Shown here: positions 40,829 through 53,032 of the stretch, piece by piece
Numbering within the stretch: position 1 is the first letter of the stretch
Layout: each line of letters starts with the position of its first letter
DNA from: a bacterium
GTDB lineage: Bacteria > Actinomycetota > CALGFH01
Length of the DNA: 64,000 bases
Direction: 5' to 3'
Assembly: GCA_046727955.1 (NCBI GenBank)
Contig: JBKPDO010000010.1
Coordinates: 5,823-69,822, forward strand
Made by a program: the position numbers and the translations under genes
The notes under the pieces: model-generated
What the model saw: the letters and a program-made list of their open reading frames with translations, nothing else
Database searches by the model: none
Told to the model about the DNA's origin: nothing

Positions 40829-42424
40829 TCACAGCGTGTCCGGCGGCCGGTAGACGCCGAAGACTTCGCGCAGCGCGTCGCACACCTCGCCGACCGTGGC
40901 CATGCGCCGCAGCGCCTCGCGCATCGGCACGAGCAGGTTGTCCCGACCACGAGCGGCGTCGCGCAGGGCCTCCAGGGCGTCGCGCACCGCCTGGGCGTCC
41001 CGCTGCGCGCGCACCTCGGCCAGCGACTTGGCCTGCGCCTCCGCGATGGCGGGGTCGAGCCGCAGCAGGCTCACCGGCTCTTCCTCGCCCTCGGTCCAGC
41101 GGTTGACGCCCACCACCACGCTGTCGCCTGACTCGACCGCCCGGAGCTGCTCGTAGGCAGAACGCTCGATCTGCTCCTTCTGGAAGCCGCGCTCGATCGC
41201 TGCCACCGCCCCGCCCAGCCCGTCGACCTCGGCGATGAGCGCCCGCGCCCGCGCCTCGACCTCGTCGGTGAGGCGCTCGATGAAGTACGACCCGGCGAGT
41301 GGGTCGACCGTGTCGGTGACGCCCGTCTCGCTGGCGAGCACCTGCTGGGTGCGCAGCGCCAGCCGCGCGGCCGACTCGCTCGGCAGGGCCAGCGCCTCGT
41401 CGTAGGCGTTGGTGTGCAGCGACTGGGTGCCCCCGAGCGCCGCGGCGAGAGCCTGGTACGCCACCCGGACCACATTGTTGAGCGGCTGCTGGGCGGTGAG
41501 CTGCACGCCTGCCGTCTGCGTATGGAAACGCAGCATGCGCGAGCGCGGGTCCTTGGCGCCGAAACGGCTGGCCATGATCTCAGCCCAGGTGCGCCGGGCG
41601 GCGCGGAACTTGGCCACCTCCTCCAGCAGGGTCGTGCGGGCGACGAAGAAGAACGACAGCCGCGGCGCGAACGCGTCGACGTCGAGCCCGGCCTCCGACG
41701 CGGCCTGCACGTAGGCGACGGCATTGGAGAGGGTGAAGGCCACTTCCTGCACCGCGGTCGCGCCTGCCTCGGCCATGTGGTAGCCGGAGATCGAGATGGT
41801 GTTGAAGCGCGGCAGGTGGCGGGCGCAGTAGGCGAACAGGTCGGTGGCGATGCGCAGGCTCGCCCTGGGCGGGTAGATGTAGGTGCCGCGGGCGATGTAC
41901 TCCTTGAGAACGTCGTTCTGGACGGTGCCGGACAGCTCGGCTGGGTCGACCCCCTGCTCCTCCCCCACCAGCTGGTACAGCAGCAGCAGGACGGCCGCGG
42001 GGGCGTTGATGGTCATCGAGGTGGAGACCTTGCCGAGCGGGATCCCGTCCAGCAGCCTGCGCATGTCGGCCAGGGAGTCGATAGCCACGCCAACCTTGCC
42101 CACCTCGGCCGCGGCCATGGGATGGTCGGAGTCGTAGCCCATCTGGGTGGGCAGGTCGAACGCCACCGAAAGGCCGGTCTGGCCGTGCGCGAGCAGGTAG
42201 CGGAAGCGTGCGTTGGTCTCGGCCGCCGAGCCGAAGCCGGCGTACTGGCGCATGGTCCAGGGCCGGCCCCGGTACATGGTCGGGTAGATCCCGCGCGTGA
42301 AGGGATCGCGCCCGGGCTCGCCCAGAGCCCGCTCTGGGTCGAAGCCCGCCAGGTCCTCGGGTCCGTACAGGATCTCGACCGGGATGCCCGACTCGGTGCG
42401 GCGCTCGTCGTCTGTAGTGCCCAT
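40829..42424 (-). CDS. Methylmalonyl-CoA mutase family large (substrate-binding) subunit, 531 aa, lacking the C-terminal B12-binding domain
   Basis: Mutase TIM-barrel motifs ([22 protein letters not shown]..). The protein ends before any DxHxxG B12 motif. The ORF-track N-terminal extension (to 43234) is an artefact. Confidence 0.75.
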   Translation of the reverse strand: MGTTDDERRTESGIPVEILYGPEDLAGFDPERALGEPGRDPFTRGIYPTMYRGRPWTMRQYAGFGSAAETNARFRYLLAHGQTGLSVAFDLPTQMGYDSDHPMAAAEVGKVGVAIDSLADMRRLLDGIPLGKVSTSMTINAPAAVLLLLYQLVGEEQGVDPAELSGTVQNDVLKEYIARGTYIYPPRASLRIATDLFAYCARHLPRFNTISISGYHMAEAGATAVQEVAFTLSNAVAYVQAASEAGLDVDAFAPRLSFFFVARTTLLEEVAKFRAARRTWAEIMASRFGAKDPRSRMLRFHTQTAGVQLTAQQPLNNVVRVAYQALAAALGGTQSLHTNAYDEALALPSESAARLALRTQQVLASETGVTDTVDPLAGSYFIERLTDEVEARARALIAEVDGLGGAVAAIERGFQKEQIERSAYEQLRAVESGDSVVVGVNRWTEGEEEPVSLLRLDPAIAEAQAKSLAEVRAQRDAQAVRDALEALRDAARGRDNLLVPMREALRRMATVGEVCDALREVFGVYRPPDTL

Positions 42425-42471
42425 CGTCCAGCCTCCTGTCGCAGGAGGCCAGGGTAAGGCACTACCTCGCT

Positions 42472-43317
42472 TCAGGCTGGGAGCGCGCGGGAGCCCGCGG
42501 CGACGCGGCGCAGCGCGTACCAGACGTCCGCCGCCTCGGGGCGCTCGGCCGGCTCCTTGGCCAGCAACCGCTCGATCACCGGGGCGAGCGGGCCGAGGTG
42601 GTCCGCCGGTCGCGGTGGGTCGTTGACGATGGCGTTCACCACGTCCAGGTGCACCTTGGCCGACTTGAACGGCGGCTCGCCCTCGACCGCGAAGTACAGC
42701 GTCGCCCCGAGCGCCCACAGGTCCGTGGGCGGCCCGACCTGGAGCCCCTTGATCTGCTCGGGCGCCATGAACGCCGGCGAGCCGACCACCACCCCGGTCG
42801 CGGTCAGCTCGGGGTCGCCGGTGAGGGACGCGGTGCCGAAGTCGGTGAGCTTGGTGGTGCCGTCCTCGCGCACTAGCACGTTGCTGGGCTTGACGTCCCG
42901 GTGAACGATGCCGGCCCGGTGCGCCGCCTCCAGGGTCGCCAGCAGCCGCAGGCCGATCGCCGCGGCCCGGCGCGGGTCGAGCGGGCCGCGCTCGCCGACG
43001 AGCTGGTCGAGGTTGGGCGCCTCCACCAGCTCCATGACGATGTAGTCCTGGCCCGAGTCCTGGACCACGTCGAAGAGGATGACGGCGCCCGGATGGCTCA
43101 GGCGCGCGGCGGCGCGCGCCTCGCGGATCACCCGCGCCCGCAGCGCGGTCCGCTGCTCCTTCCGGACCGCCGGGGGCAGCTCGACCTCTTTGATTGCGAC
43201 CGGACGGCCCAGCAGGGTGTCCTCGGCCCGCCATACCACGCCCACGCCGCCCTCACCGAGCTGCGGCCCGAGCTCGTAACGGCCGGCGATCGTGCGTCCA
43301 GCGACATCCTGTGCCAT
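42472..43317 (-). CDS. Ser/Thr protein kinase, catalytic domain only (281 aa, no TM)
   Basis: [31 protein letters not shown] all present. Internal ATG by frame arithmetic. Confidence 0.75.
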   Translation of the reverse strand: MAQDVAGRTIAGRYELGPQLGEGGVGVVWRAEDTLLGRPVAIKEVELPPAVRKEQRTALRARVIREARAAARLSHPGAVILFDVVQDSGQDYIVMELVEAPNLDQLVGERGPLDPRRAAAIGLRLLATLEAAHRAGIVHRDVKPSNVLVREDGTTKLTDFGTASLTGDPELTATGVVVGSPAFMAPEQIKGLQVGPPTDLWALGATLYFAVEGEPPFKSAKVHLDVVNAIVNDPPRPADHLGPLAPVIERLLAKEPAERPEAADVWYALRRVAAGSRALPA

Positions 43318-43415
43318 GCCGCCGCACCTTATCAGCCGAGCGCGGTGAAGGCGCGCTCGAACTGTGCAGCGATGCCCCTCCGGCAGGCACGGGAGCCCTC
43401 CGCCGTCCCGGCTCG

Positions 43416-45005
43416 CTATCCCGGCGGCGCGAAGGAGCCGAGGGCTGTCTGCAGGATGGCCTGGGCGACGCCCCAGTCGGTCTCGTGCGAGAACACGCTG
43501 ATGGCCAGCCAGCGGCCGGGGCCGCTCTGGCCCGGCGGGGTGTTGGCGCCGAGCTCGATCGCGTGGAAGGGCTGCTGGTCGTCGCCGAGGTAGGTGAACT
43601 CCAGCACGGCGCCGGGACGGCCCTGGAGGACCGTCGGCTCGACCCGGACCTGCTGGTAGCTGCCCTCGTGGAGGCCCGCGTGCAGCTGCGAGGACTGCTG
43701 CTCGGCGGCGACCGGGTCGCCGGCGGGCCCGTCCTGCCACTGGACCCGCAGGAAGGTCGGCAGGGAGCGGTCGTGGAACTCGGTGGTATGGTCGTCCTGC
43801 TGCACGACCTCCCAGCTCGCCGGGTAGGCGATGCGGTAGCCGACGCGCTGGTCGGTGAATACGGTCCACCCGGCCGGCAGCGCCGCGGCCGTCGGCGGCG
43901 GCGTGGTGGTGGACGTGCTGGTCGAGGTCGAGGTCGAGGTGCTCGGAGTAGTCGCGACGGCGCGGTCACGCGCCCGCTGCTCCGCGACGGAGCCGGCCGG
44001 GTTGCCGATCACCGCCACGATCACCACGAACGACAGCAGCGCGAGCAGCACCGAGACGCCGGCGACCAGCACCCCCCGCCGCCGCGGGTCCAGCAGCCAG
44101 TCGACCGCCTCGCCCCGTGCCGGCAGCCAGGCCGGCAGCCAGGCCGGACGGCCCCGAGCGCGGGCGGCCTGGCCGGCGGCGCCCGCCGCCGGGACGGGCG
44201 TCAGCAGGGCGGTGCCCTCGTCGAGGTCCTCGAGCTGCCTCCGGACGCTGGCGGCCGAGGGGCGCATAGCGGGCGTCCGTGTGAGCAGCGCCGCGAGCAC
44301 CGGGCCCAGCGGGCCGGCATGCTCGCAGGGCCGCGGCTCCTGGTACAGCACCGCATCGGCGGGCACTGTCCGCGCCTGCTCACCGAAGGGGGGCTGGCCC
44401 TCCACGGCGGTGTACATGGTGGCGCCGAGCGCCCACAGGTCCGCCGCCGCTCCGGCAGGCTCCCCACGAGCCTGCTCGGGCGCTGGAACGGCGATCGGCC
44501 GCGCGGGTGGCACCACCGCCGCCAGCCCGAGGCCTGCCAGGCGGGCAGCGCCGTCCGGGGTCACCAGCACGCTCGCCGGCTGCAGGTCCAGGTGGGCAAA
44601 GCCGGCGCGATGGACCGCCTCCAGCACCCCGAGCACGTCGAGGCCGATACGCGCCACCCGGCGCGGCGGCAGGTGGTCGTGGCGCTCGAGGAGCTCGTCC
44701 AGGGGAAGCGCCTGGACCAGCTCGGTGACCACGTAGAGGCGGTCCCCGTCGAGCAGGACGTCGTGCAGCGTGAGCGCGCCCGGGTGGTCGATGCCGGCCG
44801 CCACGCGGGCACCATGGACGATCCGGGACCAGCGCGCGGCGCGCTCGGCCTCGGACTCGGCTGGCGACTCGATCTCCTCGACCGCGACGACGCCGCCGGT
44901 GACCAGGTCGGTGGCGCGCCAGACGGTACCGGCGCGGCCCCGGCGCAGGGTCGCCTGCAGGACGTAGCGGTTGGCGACGAGCCGTTCGGGGGAAGCCTGC
45001 TCCAT
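43416..45005 (-). CDS. Membrane-anchored pseudokinase: degenerate kinase-like domain, one TM helix, Ser/Thr/Pro linker with (ST)n, and an extracytoplasmic C-terminal domain
   Basis: VAVEEI replaces VAIK (no catalytic Lys). HLDLQPASV replaces HRDLKPxN. No DFG (LAGLG). TM VLLALLSFVVIVAVI. Confidence 0.65.
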   Translation of the reverse strand: MEQASPERLVANRYVLQATLRRGRAGTVWRATDLVTGGVVAVEEIESPAESEAERAARWSRIVHGARVAAGIDHPGALTLHDVLLDGDRLYVVTELVQALPLDELLERHDHLPPRRVARIGLDVLGVLEAVHRAGFAHLDLQPASVLVTPDGAARLAGLGLAAVVPPARPIAVPAPEQARGEPAGAAADLWALGATMYTAVEGQPPFGEQARTVPADAVLYQEPRPCEHAGPLGPVLAALLTRTPAMRPSAASVRRQLEDLDEGTALLTPVPAAGAAGQAARARGRPAWLPAWLPARGEAVDWLLDPRRRGVLVAGVSVLLALLSFVVIVAVIGNPAGSVAEQRARDRAVATTPSTSTSTSTSTSTTTPPPTAAALPAGWTVFTDQRVGYRIAYPASWEVVQQDDHTTEFHDRSLPTFLRVQWQDGPAGDPVAAEQQSSQLHAGLHEGSYQQVRVEPTVLQGRPGAVLEFTYLGDDQQPFHAIELGANTPPGQSGPGRWLAISVFSHETDWGVAQAILQTALGSFAPPG

Positions 45006-45096
45006 GGTCGCGGCAGTACTCTACGACAGTCAGGTCCGCAGCGGTCGAGATCCACCCGCTCCGCTGAGGGCTGCGGAGGGGGTGGCGAGGGGATCG

Positions 45097-45342
45097 CTAC
45101 TCGTCCGGGCGGGCGCGGCGGCGGCGGGTTGGGGGTGGCTCGCCGACCGCGCGCTGCCACAGGATGGCGACCAGCTTGCGAGCGAGCATCACGGCGAGCG
45201 CCGATGCCACGGCGAACGCGACCTGCTTGGCGATCCTGCGAGCCTCGTCCGGGGCCCGCTCGGAGAGCTTGGCCACCTTCTCCTCCATGCGTCTGCGGGT
45301 CAGCTCGATCTCTCGGGCGGTCGCCGCCGCGGTCTCACCCAC
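45097..45342 (-). CDS. DUF3618 domain protein. Start uncertain (GTG at 45342 overlaps the holin gene; alternative ATG at 45285).
   Basis: TAREIELTRRRMEEKVAKLSE motif plus one C-terminal TM. Conserved pairing with holin-X in Actinobacteria. Confidence 0.4.
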   Translation of the reverse strand: MGETAAATAREIELTRRRMEEKVAKLSERAPDEARRIAKQVAFAVASALAVMLARKLVAILWQRAVGEPPPTRRRRARPDE

Positions 45343-45776
45343 CTGATCTCCTCTCTGAGCTCGGTCGCGGTCTCTCTCAGCTCGGCCCTGGCCTGCGCGG
45401 GCGTCACCCTCGACCTGGCCAGGCGTCGGGCTCCCAGAAACCCGAGGAGGCCGGCCAGCAGCACCACCGCGCCGCCGACGATCAGTGGACCGAGCCATGC
45501 CGGCCCGTAGATCGCCCGTGCCGCCGAGGCGAGCAGGAACCCGATCCCGTAGAGCACCAGGACCCCCGCCACCGCCAGCAGGCTGGCTGCTCTGGCGCCG
45601 GACACCAGCCCCTCGGTCATCTCCTGCCTGGCCAGCAGGACCTCTTGGCGCACCAGTGTGGTGGCGTCGTCGGCGAGGCCCCTGAGCAGCTCGCCGGTGG
45701 ACGGCTCGCCCGCCACCGCTGGTCCCTGGGGCGAAACGACCCCGTCGCCCCCAGGGGACACTTGCTCGCTTGTCAC
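45300..45776 (-). CDS. Phage-holin-family protein (putative actinobacterial holin-X, holin superfamily III)
   Basis: LVRQEVLLARQEMTEGL followed by two TM helices. GTG start at 45776 with a GGGGGAG RBS. Confidence 0.55.
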   Translation of the reverse strand: MTSEQVSPGGDGVVSPQGPAVAGEPSTGELLRGLADDATTLVRQEVLLARQEMTEGLVSGARAASLLAVAGVLVLYGIGFLLASAARAIYGPAWLGPLIVGGAVVLLAGLLGFLGARRLARSRVTPAQARAELRETATELREEIRWVRPRRRPPERSS

Positions 45777-45844
45777 AATGCTCCCCCTGCTCCGCTGATC
45801 GTCTCGTGATCCTGCCTGATCAGGTTCCCCTCGACAACAGTCTT

Positions 45845-46795
45845 TTACCGCGCGGGCGACCAGGCGGGTCCGAGCACCTCCAGCAGCCGTGTCAGCGCGC
45901 GCCGAGTGGTCGGCGACAGCGGCAGCCCCGCCAGCTCCCACAGCGGGACCCATTCCAGCTGGGAATGCTCGCCTGGGTCGCGGTTGCTCGTCTGCCCCCG
46001 CCAGGCCGTCGCCAGGTAGAACGCATCGGCCCGCTCACCATCGTGGAAGCAGCCCAGCGGCGCGGCAGCGAGCGGCTCCACGTCCGCCTCCTCGCGCGCC
46101 TCGCGGACCAGCGCCTCCAGCAGCGACTCCCCCGGCTCCCGCTTGCCGCCAGGCGCGTCCCATACCCCTGGGTAGCGGCGCTCCGGCCGCCGCGTGCGCC
46201 GGCCGAGCAGGACCCGCGAGCCGTCGAAGAGGAACACGGCCGCGCTCACCGCCTCGGCCAGCGGCACCTCGCGGACCACCCCGACCCCGCCGACCGCCGC
46301 CTGGTGCAGCACCTGCCACTCGCCGCGCTCGTCCTCCTCGGTGAGCGTGACCTCTGGCAGCGGGAACACGGCATGGAAGCCCGCCAGCTCCCGCGCGGCC
46401 GCCTCCAGCTCGGCGGGCGGCCTGTCCTGCGTCACGGTCACGTGTGGATAGAACGGGAAGGCGCGCTGGTCCAGCGGCGGCGCCCGCAGCGCCGCCTCGA
46501 GCGCACGCAACGTCGGCTCGCCCTCCGTCACCACCAGGAAGACCACCGCGCTCTGCGGCAGGAACGTCGCCGCGCCGCGCAGCTCGATCACGCCGGGAAG
46601 CACCCTGGCCGCCGCGCGGTCGACCAGGGCGATCGCCGCGTCCCGGGCAGCGGCCGCCACCGTCTGCGGCGGCACCAGCGTCAGGTGAGGCGGGATCAGG
46701 TCCCTGGCCGGGTCGCGCAGCGCCCGCCGCCAGGCCTGCACGTGCGCGGCCAGCGGCTCAGGCAGCAGCACGATCACCCCGAGAGCGCCGGTCAT
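45845..46795 (-). CDS. Fusion protein: N-terminal 2H phosphoesterase (LigT/2',5'-RNA ligase-like, two H-x-T/S-x motifs HLTL, HVTV) plus C-terminal NUDIX hydrolase
   Basis: Nudix box GKREPGESLLEALVREAREEADVE. 2H motifs about 80 aa apart. ATG by frame arithmetic. Confidence 0.65.
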   Translation of the reverse strand: MTGALGVIVLLPEPLAAHVQAWRRALRDPARDLIPPHLTLVPPQTVAAAARDAAIALVDRAAARVLPGVIELRGAATFLPQSAVVFLVVTEGEPTLRALEAALRAPPLDQRAFPFYPHVTVTQDRPPAELEAAARELAGFHAVFPLPEVTLTEEDERGEWQVLHQAAVGGVGVVREVPLAEAVSAAVFLFDGSRVLLGRRTRRPERRYPGVWDAPGGKREPGESLLEALVREAREEADVEPLAAAPLGCFHDGERADAFYLATAWRGQTSNRDPGEHSQLEWVPLWELAGLPLSPTTRRALTRLLEVLGPAWSPAR

Positions 46796-46938
46796 GTACC
46801 CGGCGCGGCATGCAGCGCCAGACCTTCGTGCGACGCTGGACCTTGCGCGCCGTCCCCGTTGACCACTCACTCACCTCACGAAGGGATACTTGACCGGTGC
46901 TCTTCAGGACGGCGGTGGCCGGCGGGGCCACGCCTCGC

Positions 46939-47937
46939 CTAGCCCGCGCCGCGGGGAAGCAGCCCCATGCGGTCCTTGGCCAGCGCCAGGTTCACGCGCG
47001 CCACCGCCTGCGCCTTGGCCGCGCCCGCCTCCAGGACCTCGGCCAGCCGCTCTCCGTCCGCGCGAAGCTCCAGGTAGTGCTCGCGCACCGGGCTGATGAA
47101 GGCGATCAGCGCCTCGGCCAGGTCCGACTTCAGCTCGCCGTAGCCACGACCGGCGTACGCCACCTCGAGCTCGCCGACGGCCTTGCCCGTGACCACCGAG
47201 TACAGCTCGAGCAGGTTGGTGATCGCCGGCTTGTCGGGCCGGGCGACGACCTCGCGGCCGGAGTCCGTGACCGCGGCGCGGACCTTCCTCCGGACCACCT
47301 CCGGCGGGTCCAGCAGGTCGATCCGCCCGGCAGGGGACTCGCTCGACTTCGACATCTTCTGGTCCGGGTGCTGCAGGTCCATCACCCTGCCGCCGACCTT
47401 GGGGATGTACGGCTCGGGCACCACGAAGGTCCGCCCGAAGCGGGCGTTGAAGCGCTCGGCCACGTCCCGCGTCAGCTCCAGGTGCTGGCGCTGGTCTTCC
47501 CCCACCGGCACCCGCTCCGCCTGGTAGATCAGGATGTCCGCGGCCTGCAGCACCGGGTAGTTGAAGTAGCCGGCGGGGAGCGCGCCCGCGCCGCCCTGCG
47601 CCGCCTTCGCCTTGAACTGCGTCATCCGGCGCAGCTCGCCCACGGTGGCGATGTGGTTCAGCAGCCAGGCCAGCTCGGTGTGCTCCGGCACGTGCGACTG
47701 CACGAACAGCGTGCACACCTCCGGGTCGAGCCCGCAGGCAAGCAGCATCGCCGCCGTCTCCAGCGTGTGCGAGCGCAGCTCCGTCGGGTCGTAGGGCAGG
47801 GTGATCGCGTGCAGGTCGACCACGCAGTAGTAGGCGTCGAACTCGTACTGCTGCTCGACCCACTGCCGGAACGCCCCAATGTAGTTGCCGACATGGGTGT
47901 TGCCGGTGGGCTGGACGCCAGAGAGGATACGAGCCAC
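46939..47937 (-). CDS. trpS: Tryptophan--tRNA ligase
   Basis: KMSKS motif; class I TrpRS/TyrRS family; 332 aa. Confidence 0.9.
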   Translation of the reverse strand: MARILSGVQPTGNTHVGNYIGAFRQWVEQQYEFDAYYCVVDLHAITLPYDPTELRSHTLETAAMLLACGLDPEVCTLFVQSHVPEHTELAWLLNHIATVGELRRMTQFKAKAAQGGAGALPAGYFNYPVLQAADILIYQAERVPVGEDQRQHLELTRDVAERFNARFGRTFVVPEPYIPKVGGRVMDLQHPDQKMSKSSESPAGRIDLLDPPEVVRRKVRAAVTDSGREVVARPDKPAITNLLELYSVVTGKAVGELEVAYAGRGYGELKSDLAEALIAFISPVREHYLELRADGERLAEVLEAGAAKAQAVARVNLALAKDRMGLLPRGAG

Positions 47938-48004
47938 GGTCAGTCCTTGCGCGTCGGGTCGCCGATCACGAACCTGGTCATCCTACCTGTCAGCCAGCGC
48001 CTGC

Positions 48005-49528
48005 TCACACCGCCTCGGCGGTGCGGCGGAGGGGGACAGCCACGGGCAGGTAGGCGAGGGGCAGGCGCAGCTCGAAGCGGGCGCGCCCGCCCGCCTCGCT
48101 GGGGTCCACAGCGCGCAGCTCGCCGCCGTTGGCGTGGGCGAGCTGCCGGGCCATGGCGAGACCGTGGCCAAGCCTGCTCTCGGGAGCGTAGTCACCGTCC
48201 AGATCGGACTGCTCGAAGATGCGCTCGCGCTGCTCGGGGGGGACGTCGACGCCCTCGTCCTCGACCGAGAGGACCACGCGGTCACCGTGTCGGCTCGCGC
48301 CGAGCTGGATGGGGGTCTCCGGAGGCGCATACCGGTGCGCGTTGACGATGAGGTTGCCGAGGAGGTCGAGGATCTCGTCCTGGTTGACGCAGACCGGGAG
48401 ACTGTCGTTCGGTGCCTCCGCGACCACGGGGCGGCCCGCGCAGATGGTCTTGGCAAGCTGCTCGGCGACGTTGACCAGCTCGGCGGCGTCCACGCGCCGG
48501 CGCTCGGGCTCTGCGCTGTGGGCGGCGGTGATCTGCAGCTGGTCGAGCTTGCCGGCGAGCTGCTCGGTCTGCTCGACGCCGTTGCTCGCCAGGCCGTCGA
48601 GCCAGCCGAGGTCGCGCCGCTCGGCCTCTCGGGAGATGGTGCCGAGCAGCCCCTTGAGCATTGCGGTGGAGGCTCGCAGATCGAGCGCCATAGCCGAGAG
48701 CTGCAGGCTGTTTACGCCGCTGCCGGCCTCGGCCTGGCGCCTGAAGCGGTCGGCGACCACGAACAGGTGCCGGTAGTGGAGCAGCTCCTTGGCGTACTCG
48801 CGGCTGAGCGCCTCGGCGCGGTTGGCCGCGCGTCCCGCCACGTACATGGGCAGCGCCGGCACGGCCAGCACCACGGGCAGGACCAGACGGTGCTCGGCCA
48901 CCAGCAGCGCGACCAGCACCATGCTGAACTGGACCGCGCCCTCCAGCAGCTCGACCTGGGTGCCCGCGAACAGCGAGGAGGGGGTCAGCGGACGCCGCTC
49001 CGCCAGCGCGATGGCCACCCGCACCATCAGCCGGTTGACCAGCACGAGCACGATCGTGGCGGCCACGAAGGCGGGCACCTGCTCGAGCCCCAGCGATGGC
49101 CGCCCCCCGAGATGCTGGTAGACCCAGCCGGCGGCCGCGATCGACAGGGCGTACTGGCCGGCGTTGAAGGACACACGCAGGGCCGGCTTGCGGTGCAGGA
49201 GGTCGCTTACGACGCTGGCGACCATGAAGACCACGACCGTCAGCGGGATACCCCAGCCGGTCAGCAGCGCCAGGGCGAAGGGGCGCGACATGGTGATCTG
49301 ATAGACGGCGTTGCGGCGCCACACCGGAATGCGGATCAGCTCGGCGGGGAGCACGCACGCGGCCAGGACCCAGAAGGAGAGGTCAGCCTGCCTCGCCGCG
49401 GCGACGACGTCAGGGAGCAACCAGACAAGGAACCCGATGCCCACCAGGCCAACCAGGACCAGATAGACCTCCACGCCGGTCGGTTGGCGTCTGGCGCTCG
49501 GGAGGGCCAGACGGAATTGGCTCGCCAT
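48005..49528 (-). CDS. Histidine-kinase-like protein paralogous to 163-1854 (same polytopic N-terminal domain, HATPase_c present) but lacking the phospho-acceptor His in the H-box
   Basis: FWVLAACVL../LSFNAGQYAL.. collinear with FWLLAVLVL../LWFNVGQQVL.. of the first kinase. The H-box region reads SLQLSAMALDLRASTAML with no His. Confidence 0.7.
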   Translation of the reverse strand: MASQFRLALPSARRQPTGVEVYLVLVGLVGIGFLVWLLPDVVAAARQADLSFWVLAACVLPAELIRIPVWRRNAVYQITMSRPFALALLTGWGIPLTVVVFMVASVVSDLLHRKPALRVSFNAGQYALSIAAAGWVYQHLGGRPSLGLEQVPAFVAATIVLVLVNRLMVRVAIALAERRPLTPSSLFAGTQVELLEGAVQFSMVLVALLVAEHRLVLPVVLAVPALPMYVAGRAANRAEALSREYAKELLHYRHLFVVADRFRRQAEAGSGVNSLQLSAMALDLRASTAMLKGLLGTISREAERRDLGWLDGLASNGVEQTEQLAGKLDQLQITAAHSAEPERRRVDAAELVNVAEQLAKTICAGRPVVAEAPNDSLPVCVNQDEILDLLGNLIVNAHRYAPPETPIQLGASRHGDRVVLSVEDEGVDVPPEQRERIFEQSDLDGDYAPESRLGHGLAMARQLAHANGGELRAVDPSEAGGRARFELRLPLAYLPVAVPLRRTAEAV

Positions 49529-49650
49529 GACGCCGAATCCCCTCTAGACCGGACCGTCGTCCCATACCGAATATCGGTCAGCTTCTCGTATTAGAGTAAC
49601 TTCCCTGTCAAACCACCAGCTAGCACTAGGATTCTGCTAAGCAAAATGAT

Positions 49651-49712
49651 TATGACCAAAAGTAAGGGCTGCTCGATAGGGGGTCCTTCGTTCTTCTCGA
49701 GCAGCCCTCGGC
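49651..49712 (-). terminator. Strong intrinsic terminator on the minus strand: 11-12 bp GC stem (agggctgctcga / tcgagcagccct) with loop, followed by CTTACTTTTGG
   Basis: Read directly. Lies in the only AT-rich stretch of the window (49600-49680). Confidence 0.6.
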
Positions 49713-49742
49713 CACACCGGTCACAGAGGACCGGTCAGTGGC

Positions 49743-49838
49743 TCAGTACTTGTACATGGCGCTGGCGGAGAACGCGAGCGCAGCGAGCCCGGCAAGCGCC
49801 GCGGCGATACGCGCCATGCGGCCCTTGAGGCGTGTCAT
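49743..49838 (-). CDS. Small ORF, 31 aa (MTRLKGRMARIAAALAGLAALAFSASAMYKY): basic N-terminus plus a hydrophobic helix
   Basis: Consensus-strength SD GGAGGGGG 7 nt upstream of ATG. Flanked upstream by a weak terminator and downstream by a strong one. Confidence 0.35.
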   Translation of the reverse strand: MTRLKGRMARIAAALAGLAALAFSASAMYKY

Positions 49839-49950
49839 CCTGTCACCCCCTCCGTTGGGGACAGCGTTGACCAGGCAGCCAGTTGGCCGACCACCGGGTC
49901 GGGGTTGGGGGAAGGCGAGACCGGATCGCCTACGGCCCGGGATTCTAACC

Positions 49951-49976
49951 AAAAACCGCGTGAAACGCTCGTTTCG
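49951..49976 (-). terminator. Weak hairpin (gaaac-gagc-gtttc) followed by U5, about 100 nt downstream of acnA
   Basis: Read directly; the stem is short. Confidence 0.35.
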
Positions 49977-50072
49977 CACAAACGTTTCGGTAGCCGGCAC
50001 TGGTTGCTCGCGTCACGAGATCAGAAAGCCCTAACGGATCACTAATCGGGCAGCTCGGGACGGGTGCAGCCG

Positions 50073-52922
<2,850 letters not shown>

Positions 52923-53032
52923 ATCGCGTCCCTCCAGCCGTTCCTCTCACGCGTAGCATGCTCCCAGAGGGCCAAGGGTACCCACCCGCGCCGGGCCACG
53001 GCACCCACGATAATCGAGGGGGAAGCACCACC

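Noticed and set aside
40829-43234. 801-aa ORF
   Set aside because: The N-terminal 270 aa are Arg/Gly-rich junk overlapping the Ser/Thr kinase gene in another frame. The mutase starts at MGTTDDERR (42424).
47938-48004. Possible T-box leader upstream of trpS
   Set aside because: The intergenic space is only ~67 nt, far too short for a T-box.
49600-49700. AT-rich patch as an integration site / mobile element remnant
   Set aside because: Too short (~90 bp), with no flanking direct repeats, integrase or tRNA. Better explained as a terminator plus U-tract region.
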